From an uncultured archaeon (GTDB lineage Archaea > Thermoproteota > Nitrososphaeria_A > Caldarchaeales > Calditenuaceae), in assembly GCA_938017985.1 (NCBI GenBank), contig CALIKS010000001.1:277348-341347 (forward strand): DNA of 64,000 bases, given 5' to 3'. The notes under the pieces were generated by a model, which worked only from the letters and a program-made list of their open reading frames with translations, was not told the origin of the DNA and searched no databases. Both the position numbers and the translations under genes were made by a program. Of this stretch, positions 27,869-37,310 are shown in pieces (within the stretch, counting starts at the first letter, position 1; every line of letters begins with the position of its first letter).

Positions 27869-27964
27869 TCCTAGAGAATATAGATATTTCGTATAAATAT
27901 AGATTTATCACTCCTATAAATAACATTATTATAGAGCTATCAACCTCGGTTTTAGGAAAGCGAA

Positions 27965-28252
27965 TTGGCTACAAAATTTAGTAAAGGAGGAATAAAGGCC
28001 ATATTGCATATTTTCGTCGAATCTAATCAATTGGAAAAAGTTGCTGAAGAAATAACAAAATTACGTGAAACACTCGATGTATTCGAAGTTACAGGCGAGT
28101 TTGATATAATAGCCATAATTAATACAGAAAACATAGAATCTTTCCGTGAATTACTAAAAGACAAAGTTCTTAAGATTCCTGGCATTAAGAGTACCGTTAC
28201 ATCAATCGTCCTCCACATTCATAAAAAAGATGGAGAAATAACTTATGAGTAA
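27965..28252 (+). CDS. stand-alone Lrp/AsnC-type ligand-binding (RAM) domain protein
   Basis: 95 aa, TTG start. VFEVTGEFDIIAIINTENIESFRELLKDKVLKIPGIKSTVTSIVL is the classic AsnC C-terminal domain pattern. No HTH. Confidence 0.65.
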   Translation: MATKFSKGGIKAILHIFVESNQLEKVAEEITKLRETLDVFEVTGEFDIIAIINTENIESFRELLKDKVLKIPGIKSTVTSIVLHIHKKDGEITYE

Positions 28253-28676
28253 CGTGAGACGTGTGCTTATCCCCGTGTCGACGAATATTGAGCAAAGAAG
28301 AATACTAAGAGCGCTGCGACTACTTCAGTGGAAAGATGCTGAATATACTTTATTAAACATAATTCAGCTACCTCAACCTACTGCGACCTATCAAGAAGTC
28401 ATATCAGAAATGATTGAAGAAAATAAAAAGATACTCGAAGACATAAGTAGTTACTTTAAATTGCATGGATTTGATATGAAAGTAAAAGTAGCTGTGAGCA
28501 GAGATATTGTATCAGGAATAATAGAAGAAGTGAGACGTAATGGCTATGTACTAATTATACTATTTCGAAAACCTCGAGGAATGTTTGGAAAAATTAGTTT
28601 AAAATTATTCAAGAGCGTGAGTCAAAGAGTCCTTGACGAGACAACGATCCCTGTATTGATTATGCCTAAAGAATAG
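28245..28676 (+). CDS. universal stress protein (UspA-like)
   Basis: RRVLIPVS start and C-terminal SVSQRVLDETTIPVLIM, typical of USP folds. Overlaps the upstream stop by 8 nt. Confidence 0.6.
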   Translation: MSNVRRVLIPVSTNIEQRRILRALRLLQWKDAEYTLLNIIQLPQPTATYQEVISEMIEENKKILEDISSYFKLHGFDMKVKVAVSRDIVSGIIEEVRRNGYVLIILFRKPRGMFGKISLKLFKSVSQRVLDETTIPVLIMPKE

Positions 28677-28737
28677 GACAAAACATTATACCAAAAAAGG
28701 AAGTGGGGGTATAGTTTGGAGAATTTGGTGACTTATG

Positions 28738-28819
28738 TTTCTTCTTCTTCAAATTCGAATTCTTCTTCCTCAAAGTCCTCCTCAAACTCTTCCTCTTCTT
28801 CCCATTCTTCCTCCTCTTC
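28738..28819. repeat. strand-asymmetric polypyrimidine/polypurine (TTC/CTC)n-like low-complexity tract; it contains a possible 47-aa hyper-acidic ORF on the minus strand (28733..28876)
   Basis: The plus strand reads ttcttcttcttcaaattcgaattcttcttcctcaaagtcctcctcaaactcttcctcttcttcccattcttcctcctcttc. The minus-strand ORF is MPMSLKALMSMESRIIYAIEEEEEWEEEEEFEEDFEEEEFEFEEEET*. Confidence 0.6.
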
Positions 28820-28921
28820 AATTGCATAAATTATTCTTGACTCCATACTCATCAATGCCTTGAGACTCATAGGCATAATTTAAGTGTTTAGAACCATGAA
28901 ATGAGCTTTCATACGCGAATT

Positions 28922-29692
28922 TTACGTAAAATTTCTATACCCTGTTTTTTCTAACTGCTCGGCTAGTTCAAAGCCTCCTGAAGCAATAATACGTCCATCT
29001 ATTATTACATGGACAAAGTCAGGTCTTAAATAATTTAAAATCCTGGCATAATGAGTGATTAATAATACGCCTGTATTATTCTCATTTACGATTTTCTTCA
29101 CTACATTTGCGACAATTTTTACACTATCAATATCAAGCCCAGAGTCGATTTCGTCCAGTATTGCTATTTTAGGCTTTAAAGTAAGCAGCTGCACAATTTC
29201 TGATCGCTTCTTCTCTCCGCCTGAAAAGTTCTCATTTAGGTATCTCTTTATGAAGGATTCATCCAATTGTAACAATTGAAGATTTTTAATGAGCAAGTTT
29301 TGAAACTCGCTTATCGATAATTTTTTAGCCGACTCATCTTCAGCTCTGAGTGAGATATAGGCCCTCCTAAGAAAATTGCCTAAAGTTATTCCTGGAATCT
29401 CTAATGGTGATTGGAACGCGAGGAATATTCCCTTCTTGGCTCTTTGGTCGGGTGCCAATTCAAGTAGGCTTTCTCCATCAAAAATAATGTCTCCTTTGTC
29501 GACGGTATATTTAGGATGCCCCATAATTGCGAAGGCCATGGTGCTTTTTCCGCTACCATTAGGTCCCATTAATGCGTGTATCTCTCCTCGGCTGACCTGC
29601 AAATTTAGCCCTTTGAGTATCTGTTTGCGCTCTACGCTCACCCACAAATCAGAGAGCGCAAGAGTAGAATCCAAAGTGATAGAACACCTCAA
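28922..29692 (-). CDS. sufC: Fe-S cluster assembly ATPase SufC
   Basis: GEIHALMGPNGSGKST (Walker A), HPKYTV..G.I.FDGE, NENFSGGEKKRSEI (signature), IAILDEIDSGLD (Walker B), LLITHY. Confidence 0.85.
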   Translation of the reverse strand: MRCSITLDSTLALSDLWVSVERKQILKGLNLQVSRGEIHALMGPNGSGKSTMAFAIMGHPKYTVDKGDIIFDGESLLELAPDQRAKKGIFLAFQSPLEIPGITLGNFLRRAYISLRAEDESAKKLSISEFQNLLIKNLQLLQLDESFIKRYLNENFSGGEKKRSEIVQLLTLKPKIAILDEIDSGLDIDSVKIVANVVKKIVNENNTGVLLITHYARILNYLRPDFVHVIIDGRIIASGGFELAEQLEKTGYRNFT

Positions 29693-29828
29693 TGGCTATT
29701 ACAAGTGATATTGGATCATACCTTAATTTATATTAATATCAACTACTCACATGCCGTTAACCGAGAAATTAATCGACTCTCAATAAAAATTGGTTTAAAT
29801 AATGTAAAGGTCTAGTTATTGATAGGGG

Positions 29829-32324
29829 ATGATGATTTATCCATATGTTAAGCCGGGCAGGGGGTTTGCTTATCCAGAATACACTGCAAGGTATCCGCCA
29901 AACTATAATTGTAAAATACGTCACTATAAGCTCTCTTTATGGTTTGACATCTCAAACAAATCTATCTCTGGAGAAGCAGAAATCGATATCGAATTATTAT
30001 CTGGAGAGGAGGGATGGATTAGTTTAGATGCTGTTGAAATGATTATTGACTCCGTTAATGGCTCTCCAGAGATCAAAGATTGGCGGTACGATGGAACAAA
30101 TCTTTACGTACATGTTAGGGATAGGTATTCGAAAGTATTAGTTAGGTATCACGCGAAGCCTCGTAAAGGTCTTTATTTCATTTATCCTTCTAAAGCAAAT
30201 CCGGATAGGTTGCCACAAATATGGAGCCAAGGAGAGACAGAATATAATAGATATTGGATGCCAATTCTTGATCATCCGAGTGTTAAACATACGTTTGAAT
30301 TACGTGCATACGTCCCTAATGGCTATACCGTCATTTCCAACGGAGAATTAATAGGAATCAGTAATGAAGACAGCTGGACAATATATCACTGGAAGCTAAG
30401 TAAACCTTATTCACCATATCTTTTTAGCGTTGTAGTTGGAGTATTTGACGAAATTAAAGAAAAGCATGGCAATATACAGCTAGGCTATTATGTACCTAAA
30501 GGTTGGAGAGATAAAGCACATTTTAGCTTTTCAAAAACATCAAAAATACTGGAATTTTTCTCAACATACTTTAACTATCCATATCCCCATTCCAAATATG
30601 ATCAAGTAACTGTTCATGAATTTATATTTGGAGGTATGGAAAACGTAACTGCAACAACACTGACTGATCTAACATTACATGATGAAAAAGCACATTTAGA
30701 CTATTCTAGCGACCCACTTGTAGCACATGAAGCTGCCCATCAATGGTTCGGCGACTTAGTCACATGCAAGGACTGGCCACACATTTGGCTAAACGAGAGC
30801 CTAGCAACATTCCTAGAGAATCTTTTTGTTAGACATGATAAAGGTGAATCAGAATTTATTTACGAACTCATTAAGGATATGGACGAATATCTGAATGAGT
30901 ACAGGGAGAAATATGCCCGCCCTATAGTTACTCGTGTCTATAAATATCCCAGTGAATTATTTGATTCTCATTCGTATCCGAAGGGTGGACTAATATTAAA
31001 TATGTTGAAGTCGCTAATTGGAGAAGAAAAATTCAGAAAGGGACTTAACCTATTTCTAAAAAGATATGAGTATAACGTAGCTGATACTGAAGATTTTAGG
31101 AAGATAATGGAAGAAGTTTCGGGTAAGAATTTGGAATGGTTTTTTGAACAGTTCTTTTATAACTCAGGCCATCCTGCATTAAGTATAGTAGAGGAATGGA
31201 AAGATGATAGCAAGAAGTTACTACTCAAGATTAAGCAGATACAAAGTGATGATTCATTAAATACCTACATTTTACCACTTGAGATCTACATAAAAAAGAA
31301 AGATGAGGTAAAGAAGTTTGAGATTGAATTAACTGAGAGAGAGGCAGTCTACGTATTCGAATTAGAGAGTCGACCAGAATACATCTGTGTTGATCCATTC
31401 TTTAAGGCTTTTAAGACAATTGAGTATCAAAGGTCAGCAGAGCAGTGGTCAAATATTCTTATGAATGATGAGCACGTCTATTGTAGAGTATTGGCTGCTA
31501 GAGCTTTGGGGAAGATTGGTGGTCTAAGAGCTGTCGAGGCACTTATCGAGGCGATGCTTAAAGACGAGTTTTGGGGAGTCGCGGCTGAAGCAGCAAAGGC
31601 TTTAGGAGAGACAAGAGCAGAAATGGCTCGGAAAGCATTAATAAATGCATTAAATTCAGTTACTCATCCTAAAACTAGAAGGGCTATATGTGACGCGCTG
31701 GGGAACTTTAAAGATCGTGAAGTCGCTGAGGCTTTAAAGAAGGTGTTGGAAAATACTGATGAGAGTTATTATGTTAGGCAGTCTGCTGCAATTAGTCTGG
31801 GAAAGATGAAATTTGACGATATTTATGAGTATTTATTAAGATTTATCTCTGTGCCTTCGCATAATTATGCCATAACTATTGGAGTAATAAGAGGGTTAGG
31901 AGAGCTCGGCAGTGAAGATTCTCTTAAGATCATATTAAAGTATGCTTCTGATGATAATCCAACAATTGTTAGAAGTGCTGCAATAACGACTCTCGGCAAA
32001 TTCCCTGGAAGATATGAAGTAATTAAAGCATTGAAAGAATATTCATATGATGAAAATTACAGGGTTAGACAGGCAGTAATTGCGGCATGTAGAGAATTAA
32101 TGACATCTGAAGTTTTACCTATACTTGATAAGATGGCTGAAAGTGACCTAAGTGAAATGATAAGAAGGCCTGCTAGAGATGCTGCTGAGAAAATAAGAAA
32201 AAACCTTGAGAGAGGCATCGAGTATAAATCACTAAAAGAGGAGATTGACAGGATAAGGGAAGAAAATCGTCGTCTTATTGAGAGAGTAACAATGCTTAGC
32301 AAAGCATCGGAATACAAAGGCTAG
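29829..32324 (+). CDS. M1-family zinc aminopeptidase fused to C-terminal HEAT (PBS-lyase-type) repeats
   Basis: GGMENVTATT (GxMEN), HEAAHQWFGD...WLNESLATF (HExxH-x18-E). C-terminal repeats RVLAARALGKIG..AVEALIEAL, AAEAAKALGE, RRAICDALGN, VRQSAAISLGK. Confidence 0.85.
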   Translation: MMIYPYVKPGRGFAYPEYTARYPPNYNCKIRHYKLSLWFDISNKSISGEAEIDIELLSGEEGWISLDAVEMIIDSVNGSPEIKDWRYDGTNLYVHVRDRYSKVLVRYHAKPRKGLYFIYPSKANPDRLPQIWSQGETEYNRYWMPILDHPSVKHTFELRAYVPNGYTVISNGELIGISNEDSWTIYHWKLSKPYSPYLFSVVVGVFDEIKEKHGNIQLGYYVPKGWRDKAHFSFSKTSKILEFFSTYFNYPYPHSKYDQVTVHEFIFGGMENVTATTLTDLTLHDEKAHLDYSSDPLVAHEAAHQWFGDLVTCKDWPHIWLNESLATFLENLFVRHDKGESEFIYELIKDMDEYLNEYREKYARPIVTRVYKYPSELFDSHSYPKGGLILNMLKSLIGEEKFRKGLNLFLKRYEYNVADTEDFRKIMEEVSGKNLEWFFEQFFYNSGHPALSIVEEWKDDSKKLLLKIKQIQSDDSLNTYILPLEIYIKKKDEVKKFEIELTEREAVYVFELESRPEYICVDPFFKAFKTIEYQRSAEQWSNILMNDEHVYCRVLAARALGKIGGLRAVEALIEAMLKDEFWGVAAEAAKALGETRAEMARKALINALNSVTHPKTRRAICDALGNFKDREVAEALKKVLENTDESYYVRQSAAISLGKMKFDDIYEYLLRFISVPSHNYAITIGVIRGLGELGSEDSLKIILKYASDDNPTIVRSAAITTLGKFPGRYEVIKALKEYSYDENYRVRQAVIAACRELMTSEVLPILDKMAESDLSEMIRRPARDAAEKIRKNLERGIEYKSLKEEIDRIREENRRLIERVTMLSKASEYKG

Positions 32325-32617
32325 GATTTAAGCGGCACTCTTTTAATTTCTCCACATCTAATACATCTAATTATCACTTGCCAGTTTCTGTCTCGTCTAA
32401 CTCTCACTCGAGCAGTATCCACTGACGATAATAAAGAAAGACATCTACCGCATAGAAGCAAAGAGTATTTTCTGGGAAATTTGACCCTAGTCCATCGAGA
32501 AAGCTGTATGGCATGTTTTATTGCTGATTTTTTCAGATATTCATCATTAGTCTTAAGCGCAATGTTGAAAAGTCTATCTATCTCTCTTAATATTATTTTT
32601 TTATTTATTTTGGACAT
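32321..32617 (-). CDS. rnp4: RNase P protein component 4 (Rpp21/Rpr2)
   Basis: REIDRLFNIAL...VKFPRKYSLLLCGRCLSLL....ARVRVR.....IIRCIRCGEIKR. The helical N-domain plus CxxC...CxxC zinc ribbon matches archaeal Rpp21. Confidence 0.75.
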   Translation of the reverse strand: MSKINKKIILREIDRLFNIALKTNDEYLKKSAIKHAIQLSRWTRVKFPRKYSLLLCGRCLSLLSSVDTARVRVRRDRNWQVIIRCIRCGEIKRVPLKS

Positions 32618-32622
32618 TTTTA

Positions 32623-33267
32623 TTACTCAACAGCGTGGAGGACGTAGTGGAGGAAGAGTTGCTCAGGAAGTGCGCCTTCGAATGATATCTTATCATTAAT
32701 AATGACTTTGGGAACTGCCATAACTCCGTATTTGTTCGATAGGTGTGGAAACTCAATGGCTTCCACCATGTCAGCAGTAATATACTCTGACTCTATGGCC
32801 ATTTGATGAGCAATTCTAACAGCTTTAGGACAGTATGGACATGTAGGGGTGACAAATACTTGAATATGGACAGGCTTTCTAATCTTCGATAAAGCCTCCT
32901 TCGTTGAGGGAGCTAATCGACTTACACCTCTTGAGACATCAACTATATCGTCAAGCAGTGTAGTAAATTCGTATCCACTTGGAATTCCATAGAACCTAAT
33001 GCCGTACTCCTTTTTTCCAAAGAGTAGTATCGCTGGAATCTTATCTACGCCCCACTTCTCTGCTGCATCCTTATCTCGCTCAAAGTCATAAACAACTAAG
33101 CTTAATTTGGTATTTAAAGAGGAGAGTTCTTTTAACAATTCAGCCGTCTCAGCACAGTATTCACATTCAAACTCTTGAGAAAAGAAAACTAGTCTTACTT
33201 CGTTTTGGAGTTCTTTCTCAAATTTTGACTTGATAAACTCTCGATCCCTATCTTTAAGAATAGCCAT
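32623..33267 (-). CDS. protein disulfide oxidoreductase (PDO; two thioredoxin folds, glutaredoxin-like)
   Basis: Two CxxC sites (CEYC and CPYC), VFVTPTCPYCPKAV and AVPKVIIN motifs, as in thermophile PDOs. Confidence 0.8.
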   Translation of the reverse strand: MAILKDRDREFIKSKFEKELQNEVRLVFFSQEFECEYCAETAELLKELSSLNTKLSLVVYDFERDKDAAEKWGVDKIPAILLFGKKEYGIRFYGIPSGYEFTTLLDDIVDVSRGVSRLAPSTKEALSKIRKPVHIQVFVTPTCPYCPKAVRIAHQMAIESEYITADMVEAIEFPHLSNKYGVMAVPKVIINDKISFEGALPEQLFLHYVLHAVE

Positions 33268-33376
33268 TTGATTAAATATGTCTTACTTGTCTTATATTAG
33301 TTTTTAGCCATTACTTCTTGTTACGTTATGCGAAATAGTTATATCTACTGCTAAAAATTAATGTCTAGGAGTAAAT

Positions 33377-34141
33377 ATGAATGGTAGTCAGTCGTTTTTA
33401 ATCGATGAAAAAATTAAGGGAAAGAGTATACCGCTCATAGAGGGGCTACCCGATGTGGGGCTTGTCGGCACCATTGCATCATCATATTTCATATCTAACT
33501 TACAGTCTGAGCTAGTTGGATACTTAGAAATTGATGATCTACCACCAATAGTTACTGTTCAGTCCTCCAGAATATTGGAGCCCTGCAGACTTTACCTAAG
33601 TAGAGATGGAAAAAACGAGGTGTGCATGGTTTACTCAGACGTGCCCATTCCTCCGCAGAGTATCTGGTCTACTGCAAACTCGATAATAGATATTGGAAGC
33701 TTGCTCAATTCACTCATAATAAGTGTTGGAGGGATACCCGAACCCAACAGGCTCGATATTGATAAACCAGAAGTATATATTGTATCAAATGATGAGGATA
33801 TTCAAAAAAAGGCCCTCGATACTGGATACTCGTCTCAATTCGAGAATGGATTTATAACAGGAATGAAGGCTGCCTTGCTTAAATATGCTCCGAGAAAAAG
33901 AATAAAAGTACTAGTAGCTTTAGCGCAAAGTCATATGAACTATCCCGATCCAGGCGCTGCTGCAGAGATAGTAATTTTCTTAAATAGGTTACTCGGTCTT
34001 AATGTATCAGTCGACCCACTTAGAGAGCAGGCAGAGAAATTAAAGATTCAGCTAAGAGACTTAATGCGTCGTACTACTGCAAGCATGGCAAGAATTCCTA
34101 AAGGACTAGAGCTTGAAACTACTCCTCAATACATTAGGTGA
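33377..34141 (+). CDS. PAC2-family proteasome assembly chaperone-like protein (COG1938)
   Basis: IEGLPDVGLVGTIASSYFI N-terminal motif and about 250 aa length are typical of archaeal PAC2 proteins. Confidence 0.6.
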   Translation: MNGSQSFLIDEKIKGKSIPLIEGLPDVGLVGTIASSYFISNLQSELVGYLEIDDLPPIVTVQSSRILEPCRLYLSRDGKNEVCMVYSDVPIPPQSIWSTANSIIDIGSLLNSLIISVGGIPEPNRLDIDKPEVYIVSNDEDIQKKALDTGYSSQFENGFITGMKAALLKYAPRKRIKVLVALAQSHMNYPDPGAAAEIVIFLNRLLGLNVSVDPLREQAEKLKIQLRDLMRRTTASMARIPKGLELETTPQYIR

Positions 34142-34569
34142 GAGATGAGTTGATTCGGAGAAGAAAATCATTATTTGACATCGTTACGGACATTGAAAGA
34201 GAGATTGATAGAGAGATTGAATGGATGTTGACGAAGCTTAAGGAGTCCGAGGCCTCCTCTATGTGTCTCGAGCCTCTCCATGATGTGCAAGAATTTCCTG
34301 ATGAGTTTAAAGTTACAGTGGATCTTCCAGGAGTTAGCAAAGATGATGTTAAGCTCAATGTTTATGAAAATGAGATCCATATATATGCTCCTTGCAGCTA
34401 TGAGTATGAGCTTAGAAAACGTTGTAGGATTCGTGCCTCTTGCTATAAGTTAGACCTCGAATTACCAAGTGAAATAATTATAGATGAAGTGAAGGCAAGG
34501 TTCAGGGAAGGCGTTTTGGAGATCAGACTGCCCAAAAAAGAAAAGGGCATAAGAATAAGAATCGATTAA
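34138..34569 (+). CDS. small heat-shock protein (Hsp20/alpha-crystallin)
   Basis: FKVTVDLPGVSKDDVKLNVYENEIHIYA ... ARFREGVLEIRLPKKE. GTG start overlapping the PAC2 stop. Confidence 0.85.
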   Translation: MRDELIRRRKSLFDIVTDIEREIDREIEWMLTKLKESEASSMCLEPLHDVQEFPDEFKVTVDLPGVSKDDVKLNVYENEIHIYAPCSYEYELRKRCRIRASCYKLDLELPSEIIIDEVKARFREGVLEIRLPKKEKGIRIRID

Positions 34570-34590
34570 AACACAGGACTTTTAAATTCG

Positions 34591-35217
34591 CTAAATAGTC
34601 ATTCCAATAGTAGCGAGCGCTGCAGCCAATGCTCCGTAATATGCGTAATTAAAGTTATCTGCACCGACAAGTATTAAGACATCTCCCTCATTGAGTAGAA
34701 ATTTACTCATCAGTTTTGCAGCAAAATCTGGATATTCTATGGAAAGGTCAGCGATCTCTGGCATCAATAATCTTCCTGACTTAAATATTAGCGTTATGGC
34801 TCCGGCCGCACCGAATTTGACAGCCGCGTCTCTCTGTTCTATTCCTTTCTTAATTAAATGTTCACTATTTCTAATAATTACTCCGACTGAGAATTGATGT
34901 CCCCATATTTCCTTAAGATCAACTTCATTGATTGTGGGAATCATTTCTAATAGCCAGTTGTAGATTTTTAAGCCCTTATCGGATAGTTTGCAGCCTTCCT
35001 TCGTTATTGATATAATTTCGCTGCCTTTTAATTTATTTAGCAGAGTTCTGACACTTCCCTCACCTATGCCTAATCTTTTTGACAATTCTTTTCTTCCAAT
35101 GCCTAAATGTTCACCTATTAGTCGTATTGCCATAACTATATGGACAACATCAAAATATGGAGTAGGGCCTCCTCTTGTATCGGTAATTATTTCTTTCAAC
35201 ATCTCAATCAGTACCAT
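34591..35217 (-). CDS. archaeal winged-helix DNA-binding protein with an uncharacterised C-terminal domain (DUF4443-like)
   Basis: LGIGRKELSKRLGIGEGSVRTLLNKLKGSEII is an HTH. The C-terminal about 110 aa carry no catalytic motif. The family name is from memory only. Confidence 0.4.
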   Translation of the reverse strand: MVLIEMLKEIITDTRGGPTPYFDVVHIVMAIRLIGEHLGIGRKELSKRLGIGEGSVRTLLNKLKGSEIISITKEGCKLSDKGLKIYNWLLEMIPTINEVDLKEIWGHQFSVGVIIRNSEHLIKKGIEQRDAAVKFGAAGAITLIFKSGRLLMPEIADLSIEYPDFAAKLMSKFLLNEGDVLILVGADNFNYAYYGALAAALATIGMTI

Positions 35218-35273
35218 ACTGTTAATCTATGAATATTAATGCAAATTACCTATATATGTTTTTGAATAAGATT

Positions 35274-35861
35274 TCATCTTTTAATAATTTCTAAAAAGTT
35301 GAACAGTATTTTCTTTCCTTCTTCGGTGAATGCCGATTCAGGATGAAACTGTAGACCGTATAGCGGATAACTGATATGCTTTATAGCCATAATTTCTTTA
35401 TCGTCTAGCGAGAATGCTGTCGGTATTAGACATTCTGGTAAATTCTCATGTACAATTAACGAGTGATAACGCATAGCTCTAAAGGGATTTTTAACGCCTT
35501 TGAATAAATCTTCTTCGTTATGTATGACTATACTTGTCTTTCCATGCATTATTCTTTTTGCTCTGATGACTGAACCTCCGAAAAAATGCACTATTCCTTG
35601 ATGACCTAGACATACTCCTAGAATAGGGATCTTTCCTGAAAATTCTTTTATCACGTCGCCACTAACACCAAAATATCTCGGGCTTGCTGGATGCCCAGGG
35701 CCTGGTGAAATAATGATACCGTCAGGATCCAGTTTTAGGATGTCGTTTATAGTTATTTTGTCATTCCTAAAAACAATTGGAAATGCTGCCATCTCACCTA
35801 TGTATTGAGCTAAATTGTATACAAATGAGTCATAATTATCTATTATCAGCACCTTCTTCAT
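35274..35861 (-). CDS. trpG: anthranilate (or aminodeoxychorismate) synthase glutamine amidotransferase component II
   Basis: ILIIDNYDSFVYNL, IIISPGPGHP, PILGVCLGHQ (catalytic Cys), LQFHPES. Confidence 0.85.
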   Translation of the reverse strand: MKKVLIIDNYDSFVYNLAQYIGEMAAFPIVFRNDKITINDILKLDPDGIIISPGPGHPASPRYFGVSGDVIKEFSGKIPILGVCLGHQGIVHFFGGSVIRAKRIMHGKTSIVIHNEEDLFKGVKNPFRAMRYHSLIVHENLPECLIPTAFSLDDKEIMAIKHISYPLYGLQFHPESAFTEEGKKILFNFLEIIKR

Positions 35862-35864
35862 TTC

Positions 35865-37169
35865 CTATTCACTTTCTAAGGCATTTAATAATGCACGGGC
35901 CTTATGCTCAGTTTCATACCACTCATTCTCTGGCTTCGAGTCAGCCACAATGCCTGCCCCTGACTGTATGTATCCTCGTCCCTTGGCGGAACAAATGAGA
36001 GTTCTAATAGTTATTGCAAAGTCAGCACAACCATTAAATGAGATATAACCGACGCATCCAGCATACGGACCTCTCTCCTCTGGCTCAAGTTCATCAATTA
36101 TTTCTATTGCCCTTATTTTTGGTGCACCTGTCACTGTTCCAGCAGGGAAAAGTGATCTTAAGACATCGAAGCAATTATAGTCGACTCTTAGCTCGCCTGC
36201 CACTCGTGAAACCATATGTTGAACATGACTAAATCTATGTATTTTCATAAGCTCCTCAACTCTGACTGTACCAAATCTACAGACACGGCCTAAATCATTT
36301 CGAGCTAAGTCGACGAGCATAGCATGTTCAGCCAATTCTTTTTCATCCGTTTTTAATTCCTCAGCCAACTTTTTGTTGACCTCCTCGTCATTAGTAACTG
36401 GCCTAGTACCAGCAATCGGAAAAGTCTCAACCTTTGTCCCTTCAACTCTAAAAAGCATTTCCGGACTGGAGCCGACAACTATTCTTTCATTCATCTTGAG
36501 CATGTACATATATGGCGATGGATTGGATTTTCTTAACCGACTATAGAAGGACTCTACTAATCCATCAAATTCAACCTCATATTTTTTTGATAATACTACT
36601 TGAAAAATATCTCCAGATGATATGTATTCTTTTGCTTTAATTACCATCTTTTCAAACTCGCTTTTACTAATATTTGATTTGGCGCTTGTTAATTTAATTT
36701 CGCTGCTTAACTCTTCATCATTATATTTCAGATCTATTGCCTGATCATCTTTATTCAATGAAGGCCCAAACAAATATGCCTCATCCATTCTATGGTCGAA
36801 AATTATTCCCTTGTTGAAAATGCCGAATTCCATATCTGGGAATAAAGATTTTTTCTTATTTCTAAACTCGATATTTTCCCAATACTTAATAGACTCGTAT
36901 GATATGTATCCGACGGCTCCACCGATAAATCTGAATCCGTGCTCTAAGCCAGTGTTACCAAAAATAAATCTCTCTAATACTTCTAACGGATCAACAACTT
37001 CGATTTCGAATACATAACCTTCTGTTCTATCCTCAATTATGCATGTGCCGTCCCGTATCCTGAGAACGGCGATTGGGTCGGAGCCGATGAATGAAAATTC
37101 TGAAAGCTTATCACTCCCAGACACTGATTCTAAAAGAAAGGCATAATCACTGTCCCGAGAGATGGACAT
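35865..37169 (-). CDS. trpE: anthranilate synthase component I (TrpE; PabB not excluded)
   Basis: [16 protein letters not shown] (LLESx10S Trp-feedback motif), [69 protein letters not shown]. The conserved N-terminal region continues in frame upstream to 37259 without ATG/GTG/TTG. Confidence 0.85.
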   Translation of the reverse strand: MSISRDSDYAFLLESVSGSDKLSEFSFIGSDPIAVLRIRDGTCIIEDRTEGYVFEIEVVDPLEVLERFIFGNTGLEHGFRFIGGAVGYISYESIKYWENIEFRNKKKSLFPDMEFGIFNKGIIFDHRMDEAYLFGPSLNKDDQAIDLKYNDEELSSEIKLTSAKSNISKSEFEKMVIKAKEYISSGDIFQVVLSKKYEVEFDGLVESFYSRLRKSNPSPYMYMLKMNERIVVGSSPEMLFRVEGTKVETFPIAGTRPVTNDEEVNKKLAEELKTDEKELAEHAMLVDLARNDLGRVCRFGTVRVEELMKIHRFSHVQHMVSRVAGELRVDYNCFDVLRSLFPAGTVTGAPKIRAIEIIDELEPEERGPYAGCVGYISFNGCADFAITIRTLICSAKGRGYIQSGAGIVADSKPENEWYETEHKARALLNALESE

Positions 37170-37310
37170 GTAGAGTCCGAGAGGATCAGAAACTGGGTTA
37201 ATCTTTTTTATCTTTATAGATCTGTTCCTTAGGCGAATTGTTCTTAATATTTCGCCAAACTAAATCCCCCATATACACCACTTACAGAGTTTTTTATCAG
37301 TTACCTATAT

